A DNA stretch of 64,000 nt from Candidatus Nealsonbacteria bacterium (GCA_047456315.1 CP179889.1:256776-320775), one strand, 5' to 3'; numbered from the stretch's first letter, positions 1 to 8,773 are shown. Numbers and translations: made by a program. Notes: generated from the letters alone by a model not told the origin.

Positions 1-156
1 GGAAGACAGCTAAAAAAAGAAAAACTACCAAAAGAAAGAAAACCAAAAAAAGAAAAACTACCAAAAGAAAGAAAACCAAAAAAAGAAAAACTACCAAAAG
101 AAAGAAAACCAAAAAGAGGAGAAGAAAAAAAAGATAAAGCCTTTCCCCCACCTTAA
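1..156 (+). CDS. 3' end of a lysine-rich protein whose start lies upstream of the window
   Basis: Frame 1 is open from base 1 to TAA at 154-156 and translates GRQLKKEKLPKERKPKKEKLPKERKPKKEKLPKERKPKRGEEKKDKAFPPP*. It is absent from the ORF track because it has no start codon in the window. Confidence 0.5.
   Translation, partial: GRQLKKEKLPKERKPKKEKLPKERKPKKEKLPKERKPKRGEEKKDKAFPPP
19..117 (+). repeat. three tandem 33-nt in-frame repeats (unit GAAAAACTACCAAAAGAAAGAAAACCAAAAAAA, encoding EKLPKERKPKK)
   Basis: Units at 19-51 and 52-84 are identical. The unit at 85-117 differs only in its last codon. Confidence 0.9.
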
Positions 157-221
157 GCTAAAAGCTTGCAAAAGTTTTTAAAAGTGATACACTCAGTTAG
201 CGTGGGGGTTTTCCTTTTCTT

Positions 222-662
222 ATGAAAATAAGTATTAAATCTACAAACATTAAACTAAGCCCTGCTATCAGGGAGTTTATTGAGAGCAAGATTAGCCCCC
301 TTGAAAAGTTTATTAAAATATTTAATGATAAGGGCTATCGCAGTCCTTCTGGTAAGCTTAAAACTAGCCTAGAAGCTTTTATTGAAATCGAAAAAGGAAC
401 TCATCATAAGAAAGGACCTTTTTTCAGAGCAGAATGTCAATTAATGCTTCCGGGAAGAATTATTAGGTCAGAAGCCTCTTCAGCTAATTTAAGAATAGCT
501 GTCAATGAAGTTAAAGACGAACTTCAGAGGGAATTAAAGAGGCAGAAAGGAAGGTTTATTGCGAGAGCGAAAAGAAAAAGTCGAACATCAAAAACAAACC
601 TTAAGATTTCTCCTTCTGCCAGATTTCATAAAAAAGAAAGGAATCTAGAAGAGGGAACGTAG
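222..662 (+). CDS. hpf: ribosome hibernation promoting factor / ribosome-associated inhibitor (S30AE family)
   Basis: 146 aa. The N-terminus MKISIKSTNIKLSPAIREFIESKISPLEKF is typical of the HPF/RaiA family. The C-terminal tail is basic. Confidence 0.75.
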   Translation: MKISIKSTNIKLSPAIREFIESKISPLEKFIKIFNDKGYRSPSGKLKTSLEAFIEIEKGTHHKKGPFFRAECQLMLPGRIIRSEASSANLRIAVNEVKDELQRELKRQKGRFIARAKRKSRTSKTNLKISPSARFHKKERNLEEGT

Positions 663-702
663 TAGGTTTAATATCAATCGCTTTTTTTAACTCTTTGTTT
701 TT

Positions 703-735
703 CTCAACAAGAAAATAATTGTTGAGCGAGTTTTT
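703..735 (+). terminator. intrinsic terminator after hpf
   Basis: Perfect 8-bp stem CTCAACAA (703-710) / TTGTTGAG (719-726), followed by CGAGTTTTT. Confidence 0.6.
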
Positions 736-784
736 CAGCATTTCTATTAATAGATACTGAAAGATAAAGCGATTGACGAAGAAC

Positions 785-1180
785 ATGAACACAAAAACAA
801 AGAGATCCATCAAATGGGTCATAGACAAAAAAAATCAATTCAAACACGCAGGCATTCATTTAATTGCTGATTTTTGGCATGGAAAAAGAATTGAAGACCC
901 AAAAGAGCTAAAAAAGATTTTGATTGGAGCAGTTAAAGCGGCAAACAATACTCCGTTAAAAATTAGCATTCATAAATTTTCACCCCAAGGTATAACTGGG
1001 GTTGTTTTATTAGCTGAAAGTCATATTTCAATTCATTCTTGGCCTGAATACAATTATGTGGCGATTGATGTTTTTACTTGTGGTGATAAATCTACTTCCA
1101 ACAAAGCATTAGATTATTTGAAAAAGAAGTTTCAACCCAAAAAGGTAAAGATAAAAAAAATAAAAAGGGGAGCAATTTAA
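785..1180 (+). CDS. speH: S-adenosylmethionine decarboxylase proenzyme (pyruvoyl, small bacterial/archaeal class)
   Basis: The track ORF 773..1180 starts at TTG; the first ATG in frame is at 785. It contains the self-processing motif LLAESHISIHSWPE and FTCG. Confidence 0.85.
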   Translation: MNTKTKRSIKWVIDKKNQFKHAGIHLIADFWHGKRIEDPKELKKILIGAVKAANNTPLKISIHKFSPQGITGVVLLAESHISIHSWPEYNYVAIDVFTCGDKSTSNKALDYLKKKFQPKKVKIKKIKRGAI

Positions 1181-1181
1181 T

Positions 1182-2309
1182 ATGGAAGAGTTTTTAAGAA
1201 AACTTTATAGGAGATATTTGAAATTTGAAAAACAGAGTTTTATTATTGATGCTAAAAAACATTCTACTAGTCTTAAAAGAATGAAACTATCAGACAAGAT
1301 CCTTTTCGAATTTTATGACAATTATTACAAAATTCCTTTTTTGAGTTTTCTTGAAAATGTTAAAACAATAATTTATTCAAAAAGTGTATTTGATTTTATT
1401 ACTAAAGAATTATCTGAAGATTGGGATTTGTGGCGTTATTTAAAATTTATGACAGATGAAAAGATAATTAAGGTTTCCAAAACCGGCAGAGTTTTTTTAT
1501 TAAAGAAAGAAATTGAAGAAATAATACCAAAGCCACAAACAAGCCAAGAGATAAAAAGAAAACTTGAAAGAAAATTAAATATTAAGATTAAAGAAAAAGA
1601 ACCAGTTATAAATTTATTTGAAAAATTCCAAGATTTTTCTGTAAAAGCCAAGTGGGATCAAATGCCAATTTCTGCAGAATCTGCTATCTTTATTGTTGAA
1701 AAAATATTAAAACATATATCAAAGAATAAAAAATTTTTATTTGTTGGAGACGATGATTTTATTTCAGTTATTTTAACTTTAGTTGAGCCAAATATTGAAT
1801 GTTTGGTTATTGATATTGATAAAGAACTTATTTCTTGTATTAATAATTTGGCTTCAAGATTTTCTTTAAAAATCCAAGCTAAAGAAGTTGATATAAGAAA
1901 ACAAAAGTTCTTAGGAGAAAAGTTTGTTGGGTTTTTGACAAACCCTGTTTATACGGAAGCTGGAGTAAAAAAATCTCTAATGTTTGCAAAAAATCATTTA
2001 GGTAAAGACGGAGGAATAGGATTTTTAGAAGTAGGGGATGAAGCTATTGGTAAAAGATTTTTATTTTTACAAGAGTTTTTTGCTAAAAATAATTTGATTA
2101 TAGACGAATTAATAACAAATAAAATCTATTATCCTCATATTATGCTTTACAAAGAAGATAAAGAGATTTTTAAAAGACTTTCATCTATGATTAATAAAAA
2201 GATTATTAGAAAATCTCCTAAATTAGGTGCCTCATTATATATCTTTGAATATATTCCATTTAAGCCCAAAAAGATAAAACTCAAAAAATCAATATATGCC
2301 TATCTCTAA
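1182..2309 (+). CDS. DUF43/BpsA-like aminopropyltransferase (putative branched-chain polyamine synthase)
   Basis: 375 aa. FLFVGDDDFISVILTL followed by VIDIDKELI resembles the GDDD-containing Rossmann core of the DUF43/BpsA family. The gene sits between speH and speE. Confidence 0.55.
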   Translation: MEEFLRKLYRRYLKFEKQSFIIDAKKHSTSLKRMKLSDKILFEFYDNYYKIPFLSFLENVKTIIYSKSVFDFITKELSEDWDLWRYLKFMTDEKIIKVSKTGRVFLLKKEIEEIIPKPQTSQEIKRKLERKLNIKIKEKEPVINLFEKFQDFSVKAKWDQMPISAESAIFIVEKILKHISKNKKFLFVGDDDFISVILTLVEPNIECLVIDIDKELISCINNLASRFSLKIQAKEVDIRKQKFLGEKFVGFLTNPVYTEAGVKKSLMFAKNHLGKDGGIGFLEVGDEAIGKRFLFLQEFFAKNNLIIDELITNKIYYPHIMLYKEDKEIFKRLSSMINKKIIRKSPKLGASLYIFEYIPFKPKKIKLKKSIYAYL

Positions 2310-3171
2310 GAAAAAATGGTTTTGTGAAAAATTACTTCCTGGAAAAAGAAAAAAAACAATAAAGCATTGTTTTTCTATTGATAAATTAATATTTAAAGGA
2401 AAAACCAAGTTCCAGAATGTTTTGATTTTTGACAATAATCTATATGGTAGAATTCTTTTTTTAGACGGCATCAATCAATTATCTCAAAAAGATGAGTTTA
2501 TTTACCATGAGATGATTACTCATCCAGTACTGTTCTTTCATCCTAATCCTAAAAATATTTTAATTATTGGTGGAGGAGATGGAGGAACTTTACGAGAAGT
2601 TTTAAAACATCCAGTAAAAAAGATTGATTTAGTAGAATTAGACAAAAAAATAATAGAGATTTCAAAAGAATATCTTAAGTTTGTTTGTAAAAATTCTTTT
2701 TCTGATAAAAAAGTAAAAATTCATAACATAGGAGTAGAGAGGTTTATAAGGGACTATATTTATTATTATGATTTAGTTATTGTTGATTGCACTAATCCTG
2801 AGCCAAAAGGACTTTCGTCTGAACTTTACTCAACAGAATTTTATAAGCAGGTTTCAAGAGCATTGAAAAAAGACGGAATAATAATTACACTTGGCGCTTC
2901 TTTTTTGGATTTTAGAAGCTTTATTAAAAATACGTTCAAAAGATTGAAAAAAGTTTTTCCCAATACCTCTGTTTATAAATTTACAATACCGTCTTATCAT
3001 TGCGGTGAATATTCTTTTATTGCTGGTTCAAAGAAAATTAACTTAAAAAATATTAATTTCAAGGAAATTGAAAAAAAGTTTAAAAAGATATCCAAAAAAC
3101 ATAAATTTAAATATTATTCGCCTGAAATTCATAAATCCAGTATGATATTACCTAAAAACTGGCAGTTATGA
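2296..3171 (+). CDS. speE: spermidine synthase (aminopropyltransferase)
   Basis: 291 aa with DEFIYHEMITHP and IIGGGDGGTLREVLKH motifs. Overlaps the upstream gene by 14 nt. Confidence 0.9.
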   Translation: MPISKKKWFCEKLLPGKRKKTIKHCFSIDKLIFKGKTKFQNVLIFDNNLYGRILFLDGINQLSQKDEFIYHEMITHPVLFFHPNPKNILIIGGGDGGTLREVLKHPVKKIDLVELDKKIIEISKEYLKFVCKNSFSDKKVKIHNIGVERFIRDYIYYYDLVIVDCTNPEPKGLSSELYSTEFYKQVSRALKKDGIIITLGASFLDFRSFIKNTFKRLKKVFPNTSVYKFTIPSYHCGEYSFIAGSKKINLKNINFKEIEKKFKKISKKHKFKYYSPEIHKSSMILPKNWQL

Positions 3172-4145
3172 AAAAAGTTTTAATCTTGGGGAAGGGAAGA
3201 ATAGGGAGAGCTGTAGCTTATTATTTGAAGAAATTAAAAGTAAAGGCAAAGATTGATTTTTTTTCTGATAAAAAAAGAATTAAAAATTACAACCTTTTAA
3301 TTGGGGCCTTGCCGAGCAGTGCGGGGGAGGTTATCTTGAAATTTGCTTTAAAGTATAAAAAAGATTTAATTGATGTTTCTGATGTAGATTATCCGTTTTA
3401 TCTAAAAAATAGAAAACATATAGAAAATAAGGGAATTTTAGTTTTTCCAGGATGCGGTTTTTCACCTGGTTTGACTAATCTAATCTGTGGCAGAGAGACA
3501 AAGAATAATAAAGTAAAAGAGATTGAGATTAAAGCCGGTACTTTATCGCCAAAAGAATTTATTTATCCTTTTACTTGGTGTTTCGAGGACATTATAGAAG
3601 GCCATCAATATAAGCCTACTTTAATAAGGAAAGGAAAAAAGGTTCATTTGTTTCCTTTTTCTGGCTATCAAAAAGAAAAAATAGATGGAATTCAAGCTGA
3701 GAGTTATTTTATTGAGGGATTGGAGTCTATGCTAAAGAATATTAAGGTAAGAAATATGAGTTATAGGGTGTTAAGGCCTTTGGGATTTTTTTATTTATAT
3801 AAGTATTTGGAAAATTACGGATTTTTTAAAAAAGAAAATTTAACTATTGTTAAAAAAATTTTAGAGGGGAAAAGAGAAGATAATATAACCTTAGGTATTA
3901 TCAAAATCAAAACCGAAAACAAGGATGTTTTCTGGAAAATGAAAGCTTTTTCAAAAAAGAACGAAAAACTGAATTCAATGCAAAAAATCACAGCAATTTT
4001 CCCTGTGTTGTTGGTAAAGGAAATATTAGAAGGAAATATTTTTCAAAAAGGATTGATTTTTCCAGAGGAATTGGGGAAAGACAAGGTTTTATTTAAAAAA
4101 ATTATCTCTCAAATCAAAAAGCAAATCCTTTTAACTCGTACGTAA
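3168..4145 (+). CDS. saccharopine dehydrogenase-like NAD(P)-binding oxidoreductase (possible polyamine-pathway enzyme)
   Basis: N-terminal Rossmann motif MKKVLILGKGRIGRAVAYYL and GCGFSPGLTN. ATGA overlap with the speE stop. Confidence 0.5.
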   Translation: MKKVLILGKGRIGRAVAYYLKKLKVKAKIDFFSDKKRIKNYNLLIGALPSSAGEVILKFALKYKKDLIDVSDVDYPFYLKNRKHIENKGILVFPGCGFSPGLTNLICGRETKNNKVKEIEIKAGTLSPKEFIYPFTWCFEDIIEGHQYKPTLIRKGKKVHLFPFSGYQKEKIDGIQAESYFIEGLESMLKNIKVRNMSYRVLRPLGFFYLYKYLENYGFFKKENLTIVKKILEGKREDNITLGIIKIKTENKDVFWKMKAFSKKNEKLNSMQKITAIFPVLLVKEILEGNIFQKGLIFPEELGKDKVLFKKIISQIKKQILLTRT

Positions 4146-4175
4146 TAACAAGGCGATCACTTTGTTATTACGTAC
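4138..4175 (+). terminator. strong hairpin spanning the stop codon of the polyamine operon
   Basis: Perfect 14-bp inverted repeat GTACGTAATAACAA (4138-4151) / TTGTTATTACGTAC (4162-4175) with a 10-nt loop. No clear T-run follows, so it could also be a protein-binding palindrome. Confidence 0.4.
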
Positions 4176-4213
4176 ATATTAATTCAGCGACCACCTAAAG
4201 TGTTGTCAAACTA

Positions 4214-4242
4214 TTGACAAGAATAAAAATATTAGATATAAA
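4214..4242 (+). promoter_or_regulatory. sigma70-like promoter upstream of the radical SAM gene
   Basis: TTGACA (4214-4219), a 17-nt spacer, then TATAAA (4237-4242). Confidence 0.35.
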
Positions 4243-4315
4243 TCAATAGATTAAATTTACAATTTAAAAATGAAAGTATAAAAAAGGAAATTAATTTATA
4301 TTAGTAAACCGAGAG

Positions 4316-5455
4316 GTGATTGAAATATTTGTAGTCTATCATGGTAAGTGGTCATTTTTCCTACCATGTAAAGCAAATGAAAAATTAGAAATCCTTAATA
4401 GAAAAATAAATATTCCGAGAGTAGATTATATCTCTTTTAAACAATCTTCGGGGACTTTTTTTTACCCTAGAGAAAAAGGGTCTGTTTTTGAAGAATATTA
4501 CTTTATTTTTCAAAAAGAAGGCTCTAGATTTATTATTAGTGCTCCTCTTATAGTAGATTTAGAAATAACCACTTACTGTAATCTAAATTGCAGACATTGC
4601 TATGTTAATAAAGAAAACGTCCAAAATCTTTCCCTCGGACAAATCCAAAAACTTTTCCGGGAATTCAAAAATATTGGAGTTGTTGGTATTCAACTATTAG
4701 GAGGAGAACCCTCTCTTCATCCCAGAATAAAAGATATAATAACCTCTGCCTATAAACAAGGACTTAAAATTGAAATGGTAAGCAATGGAAATAATTCTCT
4801 ACGGGAAAATTGTGATAAGGTAAGCAACAAGATAGATTATCTTTTAATTAGTGTAGATGGAAATGAAAACACCCACGACTATATAAGGAATAAAAAGGGC
4901 GCATTCCATTCCGCTTTAGAAAGTATAAAATTCTTCAGTGAAAAGGGAGTTAAAACAAAGGCTATTATGACTCTTAATAGAATTAATAGTAATCAATATA
5001 GAGAAGTAGCTACAAAAGTAGAGGAAAGTGGAGCCGAGGGATTAGTACTTAAATTCATGATGCCTATAGGGATGGGAGAAAAAAATCTTGATATGGTTCT
5101 TCGATCTAAGGAACGTAAAAAAATATACAAGAAGATACTTCAAGAAAAAGGGAGTTTTGAAATATCTGACCAAATGTATAACGCTTTAGAGCAAAAAGTG
5201 AACGCAAACTTTTTTGGCTGTCCTGCTGGAAGATTCAGTATAAGAATCTCAGCCAAAGGTGATGTTTATTGGTGTATATATCATAAAAAAATCTTAGGTA
5301 ATATTGGTCAGGAAAGCTTTAAGACTATATGGGAAGAAAGGATAATAAAAAATAACTTCTACGGAGCAACTTCTTGTAGATATTCTTACAGATGTGGAGG
5401 ACCATGTAAATTATCGAAAATCTGGAAAAAAGGGGAATTTAAATGTCCTCTTTAA
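4316..5455 (+). CDS. radical SAM enzyme with C-terminal SPASM/twitch-like Cys cluster
   Basis: GTG start after GAGAGG. CNLNCRHC (CxxxCxxC) sits about 85 aa into the protein. C-terminal cysteines are CPAGRFSIRISAKGDVYWC and CRYSYRCGGPC. Confidence 0.8.
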   Translation: MIEIFVVYHGKWSFFLPCKANEKLEILNRKINIPRVDYISFKQSSGTFFYPREKGSVFEEYYFIFQKEGSRFIISAPLIVDLEITTYCNLNCRHCYVNKENVQNLSLGQIQKLFREFKNIGVVGIQLLGGEPSLHPRIKDIITSAYKQGLKIEMVSNGNNSLRENCDKVSNKIDYLLISVDGNENTHDYIRNKKGAFHSALESIKFFSEKGVKTKAIMTLNRINSNQYREVATKVEESGAEGLVLKFMMPIGMGEKNLDMVLRSKERKKIYKKILQEKGSFEISDQMYNALEQKVNANFFGCPAGRFSIRISAKGDVYWCIYHKKILGNIGQESFKTIWEERIIKNNFYGATSCRYSYRCGGPCKLSKIWKKGEFKCPL

Positions 5456-5480
5456 AAAAAGGGGTATTTTCGGGCTAAAA

Positions 5481-5505
5481 CACTGCTAAATGCGGTGCTT
5501 TTTTT
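5481..5505 (+). terminator. intrinsic terminator after the radical SAM gene
   Basis: Stem CACTGC / GCGGTG (one G-U pair), loop TAAAT, then CTTTTTTT. Confidence 0.5.
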
Positions 5506-5528
5506 AATTAGATATTATTATTTAAGAG

Positions 5529-5642
5529 CTATCTCAGAGAAGGGGTAGTCCTTATCACGTCCTTGATAGTAATATTACCTTCAAGTATGGGTTTTATCCA
5601 GCGATATTTTTCTTCTTGAGTTGATTTGGGCATAGTTTTCAT
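5529..5642 (-). pseudogene. 37-codon relic resembling the N-terminus of a transposase/integrase-type HTH protein
   Basis: The minus-strand ORF translates MKTMPKSTQEEKYRWIKPILEGNITIKDVIRTTPSLR*. It is below the track size cut-off. It resembles N-terminal HTH leaders of IS-encoded proteins but stops after 37 aa. Confidence 0.25.
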
Positions 5643-5697
5643 ATACCCTTAGATTACTAGAAAAGTGCAAAAAGTGTATACACATTACCCAAAGAAG

Positions 5698-5725
5698 TTG
5701 ACAAGTTAAATATATCTATTATAAT
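5698..5725 (+). promoter_or_regulatory. near-consensus sigma70 promoter for the 70-aa peptide gene
   Basis: TTGACA (5698-5703), a 16-nt spacer, then TATAAT (5720-5725). A strong RBS AGGAGGTG lies at 5761-5768. Confidence 0.55.
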
Positions 5726-5778
5726 GTATTTACTTTAAAAATCTTGAAAAAAATTTTGAAAGGAGGTGAAAAGAAAAA

Positions 5779-5991
5779 ATGAAAATAGGAACTTTGAATT
5801 TTTGTCTTCTTGATATGAGCGAGGCTGAAGAATGTGAAATAGACACCTCAAAACTTCCATCACTCGAACAATTCGTGAGCTATATCAAGGCTCAGCTTGA
5901 GGAAATGAAGAATACTGGAGTTACCGAAGTCAAAGAAATGAATGTAACATTAATTGATCTGTCTGAAGCAGAAAAAATCAATGTTAAATAA
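5779..5991 (+). CDS. small acidic Cys-containing protein (candidate precursor peptide or small regulator)
   Basis: 70 aa. It has its own promoter, a consensus RBS and a terminator. It contains an internal duplicated motif, LLDMSEAEE and LIDLSEAEK, and two Cys in FCLLDMSEAEECEID. Confidence 0.6.
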   Translation: MKIGTLNFCLLDMSEAEECEIDTSKLPSLEQFVSYIKAQLEEMKNTGVTEVKEMNVTLIDLSEAEKINVK

Positions 5992-6025
5992 AAATCATTT
6001 TTGATTTCAAACCAATTTATTTATT

Positions 6026-6052
6026 GAAGAGCTTGCTCTTCTATTTTTTTTT
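6026..6052 (+). terminator. intrinsic terminator after the peptide gene
   Basis: Stem GAAGAG / CTCTTC, loop CTTG, followed by a TATTTTTTTTT run. Confidence 0.65.
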
Positions 6053-6070
6053 ATTTAAGATTAATGAATT

Positions 6071-8521
6071 ATGTCAATTATAAATAGATTTTTTGGCGAC
6101 CCAAATAAAAAATATCTAAAGAAATTAGAGCCGCTTGTTGAAAAAATCAATTCCCTTGAAAAAGAGTTCGAGGGTTTTTCTGATGAGAAATTAAAAGAAA
6201 AAACTGCTGAATTTAAAAAAAGATTGAAAGAGAATGAAGCTTTAGATGATATTTTACCAGAAGCTTTTGCTTTGGTAAGAGAAGCATCAAAAAGAACTTT
6301 AAATCAGCGCCATTATGATGTTCAAATGATTGGAGGAATTGCTCTCCATCAAGGAAAGATTGCTGAGATGAAAACAGGAGAAGGAAAAACCTTGGCTGCA
6401 ACTCTTCCTTTATACTTAAATACTTTAACAGGGAACGGGGCTCATTTGGTTACTGTTAATGATTATTTGGCTAGACGTGATGCTGTCTGGATGGGTCAGA
6501 TTTTCTATGCATTAGGCTTAAATATTGGGTGTTTGAATCACCAGCAGTCCTTTATATATGATCCTGAATTTAAAAAACCAGAAGAAGAAAAAGAACAAAC
6601 AAGAGATAATCTTGGCGGTTTTTATGTGGTTGAGGATTTTTTAAGACCATGTGAGAGAAAACAGGCCTACCAGACTGATATTACTTACGGAACAAACAAT
6701 GAATTTGGTTTTGATTATTTAAGAGACAACATGGTTTATGATTTAAGTCAGCGTGTTCAGCCTGATTTTAATTTTGCAATTATTGATGAAATAGATTCAA
6801 TTCTAATTGATGAAGCCAGAACTCCTTTAATTATTTCAGCTCCTGATATGGAGAGCTCAAAGTGGTATAAAGATTTTGCAAAAATAATCCCAAGATTAGA
6901 TTCAAAAACTGATTATGAAATTGATGAAAAAAGAAAGGTTGCCACTTTAACTGAAAAAGGAGTTGATAAGATTGAAAAGATTTTAGGAATGAAAAATATT
7001 TATGAGGAAAAAGGAATCAGATATTTGCGTCATTTAGAGCAGGCCTTAAGAGCAGAGGCTTTGTTTAAAAAAGAAAGAGATTATGTTGTTAAAGATGGTC
7101 AGGTTATTATTGTTGATGAGTTTACTGGGAGACTGATGCCTGGCAGGCGTTGGTCAAAAGGACTTCATCAGGCAATTGAAGCAAAAGAGGGACTGGAGGT
7201 GCGGCCTGAATCTTTAACTTTAGCATCAATTACTTTTCAGAATCTTTTCAGAATGTATAAAAAACTAGCTGGAATGACAGGAACAGCCTTAACTTCAGCT
7301 GAAGAATTTGAAAAAGTATATAACTTAGAAGTAGTTGTTGTTCCAACTAATAAGAAGTTAATAAGAAAAGCTTTGGCTGACAAGATTTATAAGTCAGAGA
7401 GCGTGAAATACAAAGCAATAGTAGAAGAGATTAAAAAAAGAAATGAATCAGGGCAACCAGTACTGGTAGGAACTCGTTCTATTGAAAAAAATGAGTATTT
7501 AGGAGAACTGCTTCAAAAACAAGGAATAAAACACCAAATCTTAAATGCTAAAAATCATGAAAAAGAAGGTCAAATTATTGCCCAGGCAGGGAAGCTTAAT
7601 GCTGTAACAATTGCTACTAATATGGCAGGAAGAGGGGTTGATATAGTTTTAGGAGGAAATCCATTAAGCGAAGATGAATCTAAAAAAGTTAAAGAATTAG
7701 GAGGGCTTCATGTTATTGGAACTGAAAGACATGAAGCAAGACGTATTGATAACCAGTTAAGGGGAAGATCAGGAAGACAGGGTGATTCTGGTTCAAGCCA
7801 ATTCTTCTTGTCTTTGGAAGATGATTTGATGAGAATTTTTGGAGGAGAAAGATTGAAAAACTTGATAACAAAATTAAATCTTCCGGAAGACCAGCCCATT
7901 GAAGCTAATTTAATTTCTAAGGCAATTGAAGACGCCCAGTCAAGAATTGAGGGAATGAATTTTGATATTAGAAAGCATGTTTTAGAATATGATGATGTGA
8001 TAAACAAACATCGTGATGTAGTGTATAAGAAAAGAAGAGAGCTTTTAGAGAAAACCAAGGAAGAGCAAGTAAAACCATTTATTTTAGAGATTTTTAAAAA
8101 ATCAGGATTAAAAGAACAGGATTATGAAAAAAAAGAAAAAGAGCTTGGAAAAGAAAACATGGTCAATATTGTACGAACTCTCTATTTTAGGGTGTTGGAT
8201 ATGCTCTGGGTAGGGCATTTAGACAATATGGAATATTTAAAGGATTCAGTAAGATTAAGGGCTTATGGACAAAGAGATCCTTTGGTAGAATACAAGAAAG
8301 AGGGGCATAAAATGTTTAAAAAACTTCTTGCTGCTTTAGAGAGAACGGTTGCTTTCAGCATTATGAATGCAAAGCTTGGTCCAGTTCCTAGTTCATCAAC
8401 AAAAAGATATGTTCCTCGGGCTCAAAAAAAGATTGGAAGAAACGATCCTTGTCCGTGTGGAAAAAAAGATCAAAAAACAGGAAAACCGATTAAATATAAA
8501 AAGTGTTGTATGAATAAGTAA
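6071..8521 (+). CDS. secA: preprotein translocase ATPase SecA
   Basis: 816 aa with MKTGEGKT (Walker A), DEIDSILIDEARTPLIIS, and the C-terminal zinc motif CPCGKK...KKCC. Confidence 0.97.
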   Translation: MSIINRFFGDPNKKYLKKLEPLVEKINSLEKEFEGFSDEKLKEKTAEFKKRLKENEALDDILPEAFALVREASKRTLNQRHYDVQMIGGIALHQGKIAEMKTGEGKTLAATLPLYLNTLTGNGAHLVTVNDYLARRDAVWMGQIFYALGLNIGCLNHQQSFIYDPEFKKPEEEKEQTRDNLGGFYVVEDFLRPCERKQAYQTDITYGTNNEFGFDYLRDNMVYDLSQRVQPDFNFAIIDEIDSILIDEARTPLIISAPDMESSKWYKDFAKIIPRLDSKTDYEIDEKRKVATLTEKGVDKIEKILGMKNIYEEKGIRYLRHLEQALRAEALFKKERDYVVKDGQVIIVDEFTGRLMPGRRWSKGLHQAIEAKEGLEVRPESLTLASITFQNLFRMYKKLAGMTGTALTSAEEFEKVYNLEVVVVPTNKKLIRKALADKIYKSESVKYKAIVEEIKKRNESGQPVLVGTRSIEKNEYLGELLQKQGIKHQILNAKNHEKEGQIIAQAGKLNAVTIATNMAGRGVDIVLGGNPLSEDESKKVKELGGLHVIGTERHEARRIDNQLRGRSGRQGDSGSSQFFLSLEDDLMRIFGGERLKNLITKLNLPEDQPIEANLISKAIEDAQSRIEGMNFDIRKHVLEYDDVINKHRDVVYKKRRELLEKTKEEQVKPFILEIFKKSGLKEQDYEKKEKELGKENMVNIVRTLYFRVLDMLWVGHLDNMEYLKDSVRLRAYGQRDPLVEYKKEGHKMFKKLLAALERTVAFSIMNAKLGPVPSSSTKRYVPRAQKKIGRNDPCPCGKKDQKTGKPIKYKKCCMNK

Positions 8522-8532
8522 TTTTATAGCGT

Positions 8533-8685
8533 ATGAAAAAAATAATTTCAAAATTTAAAAATATAAAAAGAATTACAAAAGCTTATTTTTTTAAGAATAA
8601 TCCCAGCTCTTGGGATTGCGTTGTTGATTTTACTAAAATTAATAAAAAAGGAATTTCCATTAAAAAATTAATTTCTCGCCTGTAA
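8533..8685 (+). CDS. hypothetical small basic protein (50 aa)
   Basis: An ATG-to-TAA ORF, MKKIISKFKNIKRITKAYFFKNNPSSWDCVVDFTKINKKGISIKKLISRL, fills part of the secA-downstream gap. No recognisable motif. Confidence 0.2.
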   Translation: MKKIISKFKNIKRITKAYFFKNNPSSWDCVVDFTKINKKGISIKKLISRL

Positions 8686-8773
8686 TGTTGATATTAATAC
8701 TCGCTGCTTATCGTTGTCGCGAAGACACTTATAAATTCTAAATACGAAACACTAGATACAAAATACAAAATAT

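Noticed and set aside
19-117. A-rich 33-nt tandem repeat considered as a CRISPR array or satellite
   Set aside because: The repeats are contiguous with no spacers. They sit in an open reading frame that continues to a stop at 154-156, so they are a coding repeat (EKLPKERKPKK three times).
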